From Microgenomates group bacterium Gr01-1014_7 (lineage in GTDB: Bacteria; Patescibacteriota; Microgenomatia; Daviesbacterales; UBA10151), in NCBI GenBank assembly GCA_007376405.1, contig VMGD01000002.1:8159-72158 (forward strand): a DNA stretch of 64,000 nucleotides. Direction: 5' to 3'. The notes under the pieces were generated by a model. That model made no database searches, had not been told where the DNA came from, and saw only the letters and a list, made by a program, of their open reading frames with translations. Shown one piece after another: positions 47,505 through 57,392 of the stretch. The position numbers were made by a program, and so were the translations under genes. Numbering within the stretch: the stretch's first letter is position 1; every line of letters starts with the position of its first letter.

Positions 47505-47834
47505 ATGGATTGTCTTTTTTGCAAAATAATTAAAAAAGAAATACCTTCAAATATTGTTGCAGAAAGCGATTCTTTAGTAGTTTTTCCGGATATAAATCCT
47601 GCGGCTGAGGTTCATCTTTTAATAGTTCCCAAAAAGCACATAGCGGGAGTTGGAGAAATTGGTGAAGAGTATGCACAGCTCCTGGTTGAAATTTTTGACA
47701 CGGTAAATATTCTGGTAAAGAAAAATGATCTGACAGATAAGTTATATAGAGTGGTGGTAAATGGGGGCAAAGCACAACATGTTCCCCATTTACATTTTCA
47801 TCTGTTAGGCGGACAATGGAAGAAATACGTTTGA
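47505..47834 (+). CDS. HIT-family nucleotide-binding protein
   Basis: CLFCKI, HLHFH. Confidence 0.93.
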   Translation: MDCLFCKIIKKEIPSNIVAESDSLVVFPDINPAAEVHLLIVPKKHIAGVGEIGEEYAQLLVEIFDTVNILVKKNDLTDKLYRVVVNGGKAQHVPHLHFHLLGGQWKKYV

Positions 47835-47870
47835 CTGTGTAAGTAAAGATTTAAAGGAGGTGTTTTTTGA

Positions 47871-48068
47871 TTGAGTATTATAGTGAAAGCAGGTCCGGGT
47901 GACAGCACGGATTCTGTGATCAGGAAATTTCAAAAAAAGGTTGTTGCAGAAGGTTTGGTTCAGGAAATTAGGGATCGGTCTGTATATCGAAAACCTTCAC
48001 AGCTTCGCCAGGAGTATCTGGCTGAAAAGCGCAGAAAAATAATGAGGGCCAAAAGATATAGCGGCTAA
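47871..48068 (+). CDS. rpsU: 30S ribosomal protein S21
   Basis: DSVIRKFQKKV...YRKPS; strong SD; precedes yqeY. Confidence 0.88.
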   Translation: MSIIVKAGPGDSTDSVIRKFQKKVVAEGLVQEIRDRSVYRKPSQLRQEYLAEKRRKIMRAKRYSG

Positions 48069-48070
48069 AT

Positions 48071-48511
48071 ATGTTAGACCAGATACAAGAAGATTTAAAA
48101 CAGGCCCAGCTGGCAAGAGACGGGGTAAAAGTTTCTACTTTAAGACTTCTTTTGTCAGAGATTAAGAATGCAGAGATTCAAAAGGGTGGGCCTCTGTCGG
48201 ATGAAGATATAGTTTCTGTAACCCAGAGGGAAGTTAAAAAAAGAAAAGAAGCGGCAGCAGGTTTCAGGCAGGGGGGAAGAGAAGAGCAAGCTCAAAAAGA
48301 AGAAGCGGAATTAAAAATTCTGGAAGGCTATTTACCCGCTCAGATTTCAGATGAGGAGTTGATAGGAGTAGTTTCGCAGGCTATAACAGAAGTAGGGGCT
48401 AGCTCTTTGGCAGATATGGGTAAGGTGATGGGAGCAGTAATGGGGAAGGTTCAAGGCCGGGCCGATGGGATAAGAGTAAGTAATATAGTTAAAGAAAAAT
48501 TATCTCAATAA
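48071..48511 (+). CDS. GatB/YqeY-domain protein
   Basis: STLRLLLSEIKN, YLPAQ, DMGKVMG. Confidence 0.92.
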   Translation: MLDQIQEDLKQAQLARDGVKVSTLRLLLSEIKNAEIQKGGPLSDEDIVSVTQREVKKRKEAAAGFRQGGREEQAQKEEAELKILEGYLPAQISDEELIGVVSQAITEVGASSLADMGKVMGAVMGKVQGRADGIRVSNIVKEKLSQ

Positions 48512-48514
48512 TTT

Positions 48515-48925
48515 ATGATTAATATTATTGTAAGTTCAGATCCAAGATATAACGTTAATAAAACTGCTATAAAAGAGGCTGTTTTCTGGGTTTTACAAAG
48601 GCATAGAATCGGCGGAAAAGTTGAAGTAGGAATCAATGTTGTTGGTGATCGGAAAATGCACGAACTCAACAAAAAATACCGGGGCATTGACTATACCACA
48701 GATATTTTATCCTTTGCTTTGGAGGATGCCAGTCAGGCCAGTTTGCAGCATATCCCCAGGATCGGTTTTGTGGCAGCGCCAGATAAATGGTTGCGACTGG
48801 GTGATATTGTTATTTCTTATCCCCAGGCTTTGGAGGATGCTTCAATGGATGGAATATCTGTTGATGAGGAAATTAGAAGCCTGGTTGAACATGGCGTGAA
48901 TCATTTATTAGGAATTCATCATTAA
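48515..48925 (+). CDS. ybeY: rRNA maturation RNase YbeY
   Basis: LNKKYRG, TDILSF, LGDIVIS, HGVNHLLGIHH. Confidence 0.93.
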   Translation: MINIIVSSDPRYNVNKTAIKEAVFWVLQRHRIGGKVEVGINVVGDRKMHELNKKYRGIDYTTDILSFALEDASQASLQHIPRIGFVAAPDKWLRLGDIVISYPQALEDASMDGISVDEEIRSLVEHGVNHLLGIHH

Positions 48926-50473
48926 ATGCATATTGCCTTTTATTTAAAGTATCGTCCGCAAAACTTAGATGACCTGATTGGTCAGGAAGCTGTAAAAAGA
49001 ATACTTCTTTCCGCTTTTGTCAGCAAAAAATTATCTCATGCTTATCTTTTTGTTGGTCCCAGAGGAACAGGTAAAACTTCAACAGCCAGGATTTTGGCAA
49101 AAATGGTAAATTGTGAGGATAAAAACCCTCCATGCAATAAATGTGAAATATGCATATCAATTACAGACGGTTCGAACCTTGATCTAATTGAAATAGATGC
49201 TGCATCCAATAGAGGAATTGAAGATATAAGAGCGCTGCGGGAGAAAGTAAAATTATCACCAAGCGCTTCACGCAAAAAAGTTTATATCATTGATGAAGCT
49301 CATATGCTTACAACAGAGGCTTTTAATGCTCTTTTAAAAACTTTGGAAGAGCCGCCCGGTCACGCTCTTTTTATTTTGGCAACTACAGAAGTGGGAAAAA
49401 TGCCGCAGACAATTCTTTCCCGGGTTCAAAGACTGGATTTTAAGTTGGCTAGAGCAACAGAACTTTTACAAACACTTAAAAAAATTACCGAAGCGGAAAA
49501 AATTGATATTGACGGCGAAGCGCTAAATTTGCTGGTTAAAAAAAGTGACGGTTCATTTAGAGACGGAGTTAAACTGCTAGATCAGACAGCATCACTTCTT
49601 AAAGGAAAAATAACAGCTAAAATTTTAGAAGAAAGCTTAAAATTATCTCAATTTGATGATATTTTGGATTTAACAAAAGCTATTGTAGATAAAAATACTA
49701 ACAAGGGTTTGTTAAATATGGCAAAACAGCTGGAACATGGAGTAGAAGTTAAGGAACTGGTGTTTTCCCTGATGGATACTTTAAGAAATTTAATGCTTAT
49801 TAAAAACGGTTTGGGTGAACAGCTGGTAAAACCCGGTTTAACAGAAGATAAATATGATCAGCTGGTAGCGCTTTCTGAAGGTATTTCTAATCAGTATTTA
49901 ATTAAAAGTCTGGATATTTTGCAAACCGGTTTGGAGCAATTAAAATATGCCTCAATTTCGTCACTACCGCTTGAATTGGCAGTGGTGGAAATGACACAGG
50001 GTGTCATCCTGAATCCGCCAAAGGCGGATGAAGGATCTCTGACGGATGTCAGTCTCCACTCAAAGAAGTTGAGAGATTCTTCACCGGCAGAGCCGGTTCA
50101 GAATGACAAGTCCGGTGACTTGTCAGATTTGTCCAAAATCAAAGAAAAATGGACTTTTGTTTTGGAAACTATCCGGCCATATAATTTTTCATTGGAAGCT
50201 TTGCTTCGGGCTATTAGTATAAGGGAATGTACTGATACTCAGGTTATCATGGAAGTACCATATTCTTTTCATCAAAGAATTTTGGAAGCCCCGAAAAACC
50301 GTGATCTTTTGGAATCAATTCTTTCCGATATTTTAGGAAGAAGTATTCATGTTGCTACTATTTTGGGGAATAGACCCCAAAGAAAAGAGGACATTGTAAA
50401 TATAGAAGTGGCAGCAGATGATGAAATAATTCGCGCCGCAGCAGAAATCTTTAATTCCGACTCCGTAAATTAG
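48926..50473 (+). CDS. dnaX: DNA polymerase III subunit gamma/tau
   Basis: KYRPQ, GPRGTGKTS, EIDAASN, DEAHML. Confidence 0.96.
   Translation: MHIAFYLKYRPQNLDDLIGQEAVKRILLSAFVSKKLSHAYLFVGPRGTGKTSTARILAKMVNCEDKNPPCNKCEICISITDGSNLDLIEIDAASNRGIEDIRALREKVKLSPSASRKKVYIIDEAHMLTTEAFNALLKTLEEPPGHALFILATTEVGKMPQTILSRVQRLDFKLARATELLQTLKKITEAEKIDIDGEALNLLVKKSDGSFRDGVKLLDQTASLLKGKITAKILEESLKLSQFDDILDLTKAIVDKNTNKGLLNMAKQLEHGVEVKELVFSLMDTLRNLMLIKNGLGEQLVKPGLTEDKYDQLVALSEGISNQYLIKSLDILQTGLEQLKYASISSLPLELAVVEMTQGVILNPPKADEGSLTDVSLHSKKLRDSSPAEPVQNDKSGDLSDLSKIKEKWTFVLETIRPYNFSLEALLRAISIRECTDTQVIMEVPYSFHQRILEAPKNRDLLESILSDILGRSIHVATILGNRPQRKEDIVNIEVAADDEIIRAAAEIFNSDSVN
50002..50108. repeat. REP/MITE-like nested palindrome inside dnaX
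   Basis: TGTCATCCTGAA/TTCAGAATGACA and TGAAGGATCTCT/AGAGATTCTTCA arms with internal GC hairpins. Confidence 0.75.
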
Positions 50474-50568
50474 TTACTTGACTCTTAACGCTTGACTCTG
50501 TAATCTTTACTCCTAAACCCAAAATAATATTTTGGGTTCAAGGTTATCCGCCGGAGGCGGATGTTCTT

Positions 50569-51858
50569 ATGTCATCAAGAGTTTTCAAATTAATCTCGGA
50601 AGAAGCACACAGACAAAAGTATGGACTGGAAATGATACCTTCTGAAAACTATACATCTGAAGATGTGATGAAGGCCATGGGATCAATTTTAACTAACAAA
50701 TACTCCGAAGGTTTTCCCAAAGCAAGATATTATGGAGGTAATCAGGTAATAGATAAAATTGAAATTTATGCTCAAGATTTGGCAAATAAAGTTTTTGGTA
50801 CCGCTCATGCAATAGTCCAGCCATATTCTGGTTCGCCTGCTAATTTTGCAATAACTTTGGCTTTAGTTAAACCCGGTGAGACCTTGATGGGACAAGCACT
50901 TCCTATGGGAGGGCACCTAACTCATGGTGCACCAGCATCATATACAGGGAAACTTTTTAACAGTGTTCAATATGGTGTTGGAAAAGATTGGAAAATTGAT
51001 ATGGAGGAGGTAAGGGCTTTGGCAAAAAAACATAAGCCAAAATTAATTTGGGTGGGAACCACAGCATACATGTTTATCTTGGATTATAAAGGCTTTGCAA
51101 AAATTGCCGAAGAGGTAGGAGCTTATCTTGTTGCAGATATAGCTCATGTTTCGGGACTTATTGCAGGAGGTGTACACCCCTCACCTGTCCCATATGTTGA
51201 TATAGTAATGACTACAACCCATAAAACTTTGCGCGGTCCAAGAGGAGCTATAATTTTGGTAACCAAAAAAGGATTAAAAAAAGATCCGGAGCTTCCACAA
51301 AAATTAGAAAAGGCAGTTTTCCCAGGACTTCAAGGAGGGCCCCATGATCATCAGACTGCAGCAATAGCAGTTTGTCTTGAGGAAGTTTTAGAACCTTCTT
51401 TTAAAAAGTATGCGGAGCAGATTGTAAAAAATGCCAAAGTTTTAGCTAATAAGTTAGGGACTAAAACATACACACATCTAATACTTCTTAGTTTAGAAGA
51501 TTATGGTTTCGGAATGGGTTATCAGGCCCAATATGCCCTAGAGGAAGCGGGTATAACTATTAATAAAAATACTATTCCTGGAGAACCGGCATCTGCTTTT
51601 TATCCGTCAGGTATAAGACTGGGGACACCGGCCCTAACAACCAGGGGAATGAGAGAAAAAGACATGATAAAAATTGCCGGATGGATCAAAAGGGTGCTGG
51701 AAGAAATAAGAGGATTGGATTTGCCAAAAGAGCAAGAAAAAAGAAAAGATTTCTTAAAAGAAGTTAAAGGCAAATTGCGTAAAAATAAAAACCTTAAACT
51801 CATAAGAAAAGACGTGGAAAAGTTTGCTGGAAAATTCCCGGTACCGGGGATAGATTAA
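50569..51858 (+). CDS. glyA: Serine hydroxymethyltransferase
   Basis: IPSENY, NKYSEG, TTTHKTLRGPRG. Confidence 0.97.
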   Translation: MSSRVFKLISEEAHRQKYGLEMIPSENYTSEDVMKAMGSILTNKYSEGFPKARYYGGNQVIDKIEIYAQDLANKVFGTAHAIVQPYSGSPANFAITLALVKPGETLMGQALPMGGHLTHGAPASYTGKLFNSVQYGVGKDWKIDMEEVRALAKKHKPKLIWVGTTAYMFILDYKGFAKIAEEVGAYLVADIAHVSGLIAGGVHPSPVPYVDIVMTTTHKTLRGPRGAIILVTKKGLKKDPELPQKLEKAVFPGLQGGPHDHQTAAIAVCLEEVLEPSFKKYAEQIVKNAKVLANKLGTKTYTHLILLSLEDYGFGMGYQAQYALEEAGITINKNTIPGEPASAFYPSGIRLGTPALTTRGMREKDMIKIAGWIKRVLEEIRGLDLPKEQEKRKDFLKEVKGKLRKNKNLKLIRKDVEKFAGKFPVPGID

Positions 51859-51863
51859 AAACA

Positions 51864-52667
51864 ATGAAAGTATCCGGCAAAGAAGTTGCAGAAGCTATAC
51901 TTAAAAAATTAGAAAAAAGTATCAAGTCTAAAAACCTCAAGCCGAAATTGGCCATAATTTTGGCAGGAAATAATCCCTCTTCCAGAATTTATGTTAGCAA
52001 TAAAATAAAAACAGCAAAGCAATATGGAATAGAAGCTAAGCTTTTTGAGTTTTCAAAAAGTGAAAAACAGAAACTATTAAAAACTCTTGATAAATTAAAT
52101 AAAGACCCAAAAGTTCATGGAATAATTATTCAATACCAGGTATATGAGCCTTGGAATTTTGATGAATTAATTGCAAAAATCAATCCCCAAAAAGATGTGG
52201 ATGGTTTCCTGGAAACAGCTCCTTATAGCGGAGCTGCGGCACTGGCTGTTTGGGAAATGTTAACTGCTTTTTCTTTATTGGAAGGATTTAAAAAAACAGA
52301 AAATTTTTTAAAGGGCAAAAAAATTGTTATTTTGGGGAGAGGTCGGGCAGCGGGAATGCCAACCATAAAGCTTTTGGCTAATAAAGGATTTAAAATTATC
52401 TCTATAGATAAAGACACAAAAAATCCAACACCAAAAATTAAAAGTGGCGATGTTATTATTTCTGCAACAGGGGTAAAAAATATTATAAATAATACAAATC
52501 TGAAGAAAGGATCATATGTGGTGGGGGTTGGATTCGGAGATCTTAATGAGGAAGAAGTTTCAAAAATTGCTAAGCTTTATAATCCAAATATTGGGGGTAT
52601 CGGTCCTTTAACAATTGCCTGTTTGCTTAAAAATGTAGTAGAATCAGCGAAAGGAGTGGGAAACTAA
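51864..52667 (+). CDS. folD: Methylenetetrahydrofolate dehydrogenase/cyclohydrolase (divergent)
   Basis: HGIIIQ, KDVDG, GGIGPLT. Confidence 0.85.
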   Translation: MKVSGKEVAEAILKKLEKSIKSKNLKPKLAIILAGNNPSSRIYVSNKIKTAKQYGIEAKLFEFSKSEKQKLLKTLDKLNKDPKVHGIIIQYQVYEPWNFDELIAKINPQKDVDGFLETAPYSGAAALAVWEMLTAFSLLEGFKKTENFLKGKKIVILGRGRAAGMPTIKLLANKGFKIISIDKDTKNPTPKIKSGDVIISATGVKNIINNTNLKKGSYVVGVGFGDLNEEEVSKIAKLYNPNIGGIGPLTIACLLKNVVESAKGVGN

Positions 52668-52669
52668 GC

Positions 52670-52942
52670 ATGGGTTTAATGGATAATATAAAACAGCTGG
52701 GTGATCTTAAGAAAATGAGAGATCAGGCAATGGAGTTGCAAAAAAAGCTTGCAGAAATAAAAATTACTGTTGAGCATCAGGGAGTAACGGTTGTGATGAC
52801 AGCTGACCAAAAAGTTGTATCCATAATAGGAGAACCGGATTTGCAAAAAGTTGCTCATGCAGTCAATGAAGCATTAAAGCAAGCCCAAAAAGTAGCTGCC
52901 GAAGAAATGCGCCCAATGATGGGCGGTATGGGTCTTTCCTGA
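52670..52942 (+). CDS. YbaB/EbfC nucleoid-associated protein
   Basis: Size and sequence pattern; directly upstream of recR. Confidence 0.8.
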   Translation: MGLMDNIKQLGDLKKMRDQAMELQKKLAEIKITVEHQGVTVVMTADQKVVSIIGEPDLQKVAHAVNEALKQAQKVAAEEMRPMMGGMGLS

Positions 52943-53538
52943 TGGCTACGGTCCCTAAACCTGTACAAAATTTAATTGAGGCGTTTGAGAGATTGCCGGG
53001 GATTGGCCCTAAAACCGCGCAAAGGTTAACTTATTATCTCTTGCATGCTCCAAAGGAAGAAGCGCAAATTCTCGCTAAAGCCGCAGTGGAAATGAGGGAG
53101 AAAACCGTTATTTGCAAAACATGTTTTAATATTGGTGAAGCAGATCCCTGTCAAGTTTGTGAGGATTCTGCCCGTGACCTGTCAGTAATTGCCATAGTTG
53201 AAGATCCGCTGGATGTAATGGCTTTGGAAAAGGCAAATTATAAAGGGTTGTATCATGTGTTGCACGGAGTAATTGCTCCTCTGGAAAATATCGGACCGGA
53301 TGAAATTCATATAAAAGAATTACTTCCTAGACTAAGAAACGGAAAAGTTAAGGAAATTATTTTGGCAACCAATCCAACCATGGAAGGAGAGGCAACTGCC
53401 ATGTATATTCAAAGGTTAATCTCTACGCTCGGGATAAAAATTACCAGAATTGCCAGGGGGCTACCTGTTGGATCGGATTTGGAATATGCCGATGAGACAA
53501 CACTATCCAGGGCATTGGAGGGTAGGAAAGAATACTAA
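52942..53538 (+). CDS. recR: Recombination protein RecR
   Basis: LPGIGPKTAQR, C4 Zn finger, ATNPTMEGEAT. Confidence 0.97.
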   Translation: MATVPKPVQNLIEAFERLPGIGPKTAQRLTYYLLHAPKEEAQILAKAAVEMREKTVICKTCFNIGEADPCQVCEDSARDLSVIAIVEDPLDVMALEKANYKGLYHVLHGVIAPLENIGPDEIHIKELLPRLRNGKVKEIILATNPTMEGEATAMYIQRLISTLGIKITRIARGLPVGSDLEYADETTLSRALEGRKEY

Positions 53539-53570
53539 ATTTTAGGATATAAAAATGTTACTATATAAGC

Positions 53571-54005
53571 ATGGCTGATGGGGGAAGCGGAATAAAACAA
53601 TTTAGTGAGGAGACAGAATCTGCTGTTGTAGAGGTGGCAAAAGAGGTTAAAGATACGGTTGGTGAAATGATAGAACAGGGAGTGCAGTCTGTTGCCGGAC
53701 CTCAATTAACAGCTCAATCCTTCGACTCCGCTCAGGACAAGCAAAAAAAACAGCAGGAAGATCAGAAAAAAATAGCGGAAGCAAGAAGGGTTATAAATTT
53801 TTATAAAAAAACTGAAGAAGATTTAAGAAAAGTAAGAGAGCAGAAAAAGCAGGAAGAAACGCAAATTCAGCAAGCCGGAAAGCAGGAAGAACAAACTAAA
53901 AAAGAGGAAAAGTTCCAGCAGAAAACCGTAAGCAAGCAGCGATTAAGTGAGGATATTGCCAGGTCCAGAGCCGAAATTGGAAAAGGACACGGGATTGGAG
54001 GATAA
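53571..54005 (+). CDS. Hypothetical Gln/Lys/Glu-rich protein
   Basis: Coiled-coil-like ORF. Confidence 0.6.
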   Translation: MADGGSGIKQFSEETESAVVEVAKEVKDTVGEMIEQGVQSVAGPQLTAQSFDSAQDKQKKQQEDQKKIAEARRVINFYKKTEEDLRKVREQKKQEETQIQQAGKQEEQTKKEEKFQQKTVSKQRLSEDIARSRAEIGKGHGIGG

Positions 54006-54079
54006 TAGATAATTTTCAAACATTAAAACATTGAACAAATGAAAATTCATTGTAAATTGAAAATTAAAAATTGAAAATT

Positions 54080-55468
54080 ATGCTAAGAATATACAATACA
54101 CTCACTCGTAAGATAGAGGAGTTTAAACTAATTAACCCCCCTATTGCAACCCTTTATACCTGTGGACCCACTGTTTATGACTATACCCATATTGGACACC
54201 TCCGCACTTATGTTGGCAATGATATTTTAAGAAGAGTTTTGGAGACAAATGACTTTGAAGTAAAACACGTCATGAATATTACCGATGTTGGACACCTCAC
54301 ATCTGATGAAGATGCAGGTGAAGATAAAATGGAAGAAGGCGCCAGGCAGTCCGGCAGAACTGTTTGGGAAGTGGCAAAGTTTTTTGAAGATCATTTTTGG
54401 AAATCGGTTGAGACAGTAAATATTGAAAGACCCAGTATTGTTGCCAAAGCAACAGATCATATTGAAGAGCAAATAAAATTAATTAAAAAACTGGAAAAAA
54501 ACGGCTTTATCTATATTACTGATCAGGCCATTTATTTTGATATTTCTAAGTTTCCCAACTACACCAAATTATCCGGACAAAGCTTGGATGATAAATCTAT
54601 TGGCGTAAGAACGGATGTGGTGATAGATAAACAAAAAAGAAGTCCAGTGGATTTTGCCCTATGGTTTTTTACTGTTGGGCATTTTGCAGATCATGTAATG
54701 AAGTGGTCATCTCCCTGGGGCGGCGGTTTTCCCGGCTGGCATATTGAATGTTCTGCTATGGCCATGGAATATCTTGGAGATACTATAGACATTCACACAG
54801 GAGGAATAGACCATATCTCTGTTCATCACACTAATGAAATTGCACAATCAGAGGCAGCATCAGGAAAACAGTTTGTAAGGTTTTGGGTTCATCATGAATT
54901 TTTACTGGTAAACGGCGAAAAAATGTCCAAGTCAAAAAAGAATTTTTATAGAATAGATGAAGTGACTGCGAAGGGCTTTGATCCGCTGGCTCTGCGGTAT
55001 TTGTTTTTAACAGCACATTACAGAGATAAGCTCAATTTTACCTGGGAATCTTTGCAAGCAGCGCAGAACGCTTTAAGCAATCTTAGACAGATTGTAAGAG
55101 ATTGGGAAGAACCAAAAATTGGGTGTGCACAGTTTGAACAGGATTTTATGGCTAGTATCAATAATGATTTAAATTTACCCCAGGCAGTAGCAGTTATGTG
55201 GGATTTAATAAAATCAGATTATCCAACATCTGCAAAAGCAAAAACACTTCTAATAATGGATAAAGTTCTGGGTTTGAATTTGGAAGAAATCTTAGGAAAA
55301 CCTGTTGAAATTCCATCAAGGGTGAAAAAATTAATAGAGCAGCGGGAAACTGCCCGAAAATCCGGCGACTTTAAAAAATCAGATAAACTAAGAAAAGAAA
55401 TTAAAAAAATGGGTTTTTTGATTGAGGATGCTCCCTCTGGACCAAAGGCAAGGGCAGTGGTAAACTAG
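54080..55468 (+). CDS. cysS: Cysteine--tRNA ligase
   Basis: [23 protein letters not shown]. Confidence 0.97.
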   Translation: MLRIYNTLTRKIEEFKLINPPIATLYTCGPTVYDYTHIGHLRTYVGNDILRRVLETNDFEVKHVMNITDVGHLTSDEDAGEDKMEEGARQSGRTVWEVAKFFEDHFWKSVETVNIERPSIVAKATDHIEEQIKLIKKLEKNGFIYITDQAIYFDISKFPNYTKLSGQSLDDKSIGVRTDVVIDKQKRSPVDFALWFFTVGHFADHVMKWSSPWGGGFPGWHIECSAMAMEYLGDTIDIHTGGIDHISVHHTNEIAQSEAASGKQFVRFWVHHEFLLVNGEKMSKSKKNFYRIDEVTAKGFDPLALRYLFLTAHYRDKLNFTWESLQAAQNALSNLRQIVRDWEEPKIGCAQFEQDFMASINNDLNLPQAVAVMWDLIKSDYPTSAKAKTLLIMDKVLGLNLEEILGKPVEIPSRVKKLIEQRETARKSGDFKKSDKLRKEIKKMGFLIEDAPSGPKARAVVN

Positions 55469-55474
55469 TAGTTT

Positions 55475-56137
55475 GTGGGAACAGAAGTTATAACTATTGA
55501 TGGTCCGACATCTTCCGGCAAAAACAGTGTCGGATTTTTGTTGGCCAAAAAATTAGGTTATCAATATATTGATTCAGGCTCAATCTACCGGGCCGGTTGT
55601 ATTTTCATCTTAAGAAAAAAATTACACTTAGATAATATTGCAGGTTTGGTGAAAGTTTATAAGAATTTAGCTATAGAAGTTAAAGCATACGATCATATTC
55701 AGCGTTTTTTTGCCAATGGCGAAGATGTAACAGAGATTTTACATTCTCAAGATGTCACAAAAATAGTTTCTCAAGTCTCTGCAATAAGAGAAGTCCGGGA
55801 AGCAACTAAAGTTATACAGAGAAGTTTAACCAAAGATAAAAATATGATTATGACAGGAAGAGATATTGGCTCTGAAATTTTTCCCGATGCAAAATATGAA
55901 TTTTTCTTGACAGCTGCAACTGAAATAAGAGCTAAAAGACGCTTTGATCAGTTGCATCAAAAAGATTCATCGGTAAAATATGAAGAAGTACTCTCGAGTA
56001 TGATTGAGAGGGATAAACGTGATTCCACAAGGGAAGTATCTCCCTTGCGAATACCAGAGGGCGCGGTTGTAATTGATAACTCCAATTTAACGGTTGAACA
56101 AACCGTAGATGAGATGTTAAAACACATCAATGCATAA
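55475..56137 (+). CDS. cmk: Cytidylate kinase
   Basis: ITIDGP..GK, DSGSIYR, GRDIG, RDKRDSTR. Confidence 0.93.
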   Translation: MGTEVITIDGPTSSGKNSVGFLLAKKLGYQYIDSGSIYRAGCIFILRKKLHLDNIAGLVKVYKNLAIEVKAYDHIQRFFANGEDVTEILHSQDVTKIVSQVSAIREVREATKVIQRSLTKDKNMIMTGRDIGSEIFPDAKYEFFLTAATEIRAKRRFDQLHQKDSSVKYEEVLSSMIERDKRDSTREVSPLRIPEGAVVIDNSNLTVEQTVDEMLKHINA

Positions 56138-57392
56138 CCTGACTACTTTAAAAAACGGACTGACTTTAATAACCGTTAATATGCCCCATCTTGATTCGCT
56201 AACAACTCTGGTAGCAGTTGGGGCTGGTTCAAGATACGAAACTAAAAAGATAAACGGCATTTCCCACTTTCTGGAACATATGTTTTTTAAGGGTTCCAGA
56301 AAATATCCAACCGCAGAACAGATTGCCACTTTAATTGACGGTATCGGAGCAGTCAATAATGCCGCCACCGACAAAGAAGTTACCTACTATTGGATAAAAT
56401 CATCCGCCAAACATATTAAACTCTCTTGCGATATTCTCTCCTCCATGATTAGGGAATCGCTGCTGGCTGAAGAAGAGATTGAGAGAGAAAAAGGGGTGAT
56501 TATAGAAGAACTTAGAATGTATAGAGATATCCCGGGCCGCTATGTCTGGGAGCTGTATGAAAAATTGCAATTTGGCAATCAACCATTGGGCTGGGAGATT
56601 GGAGGACAAGAGAAAATTATTACAAAATTTGTCAGAGAAAACTTCATGGAGTATATGAAAAGCCTGTATTCTCCCAAAAATATGGTTCTGGTATTTGTGG
56701 GAAAGTTGCCAGGAGACGTTGAAAAAGTTGCGAAGAGTTACTTTTTGGATCTGCCAACCAATTCCCAATATAAATTTAAACCATTCAAAAAAAATAAAAC
56801 TGCAAAACCAAGGATAAATATTTTTTATAAAAAAACAGATCAAGCCAACATAGTTTTGGGAGTGGAAGGTTATGATCGTGATGATAAGAGAAAATATGCA
56901 TCCAGAGTTTTATCAACGATTTTGGGAGCAGGAATGTCTTCCAGGCTTTTTATTCAAGTTAGAGAAAGAAGAGGTTTAGCCTATCATGTTTCAGCCAATT
57001 CAGGTAGCTATAAAGACACTGGAGCATTTACCGCGTATGCCGGATTAAAATTGGAAAAAGTCTATGAAGGCTTAGAGGTTATTAAAGCGGAATTGGAGAG
57101 AACCGCAATGGAGGCGATAACTGTTTCGGAGCTAAAAAAAGCCAATGAAATGGAAAGAGGTAATATAGCCTTGAGGTCTGAGTCGACCAACTTTTTAGCC
57201 GAATATTTTGGTACCAATTTTATACTTGATGGAAAAATAGAAACGTTTGAGGAATATTTGGAAAATATTGATATAGTTACTGTAGAAGATGTGAAAGCTG
57301 TGGCAAAGGAACTCTTTAAAAAAGAAAATTATAATTTACAAATAATCGGTCCGTTTAGAGATGAGGGAAAATTTATGGAGATTTTACAGTGA
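56130..57392 (+). CDS. M16 family zinc peptidase
   Basis: HFLEH, SSRLFIQVRERRGLAY. Confidence 0.93.
   Translation: MHNLTTLKNGLTLITVNMPHLDSLTTLVAVGAGSRYETKKINGISHFLEHMFFKGSRKYPTAEQIATLIDGIGAVNNAATDKEVTYYWIKSSAKHIKLSCDILSSMIRESLLAEEEIEREKGVIIEELRMYRDIPGRYVWELYEKLQFGNQPLGWEIGGQEKIITKFVRENFMEYMKSLYSPKNMVLVFVGKLPGDVEKVAKSYFLDLPTNSQYKFKPFKKNKTAKPRINIFYKKTDQANIVLGVEGYDRDDKRKYASRVLSTILGAGMSSRLFIQVRERRGLAYHVSANSGSYKDTGAFTAYAGLKLEKVYEGLEVIKAELERTAMEAITVSELKKANEMERGNIALRSESTNFLAEYFGTNFILDGKIETFEEYLENIDIVTVEDVKAVAKELFKKENYNLQIIGPFRDEGKFMEILQ

Noticed and set aside
50474-50568. ZTP or THF riboswitch upstream of glyA
   Set aside because: Only two simple hairpins, one of them a dispersed repeat; no recognisable aptamer consensus.
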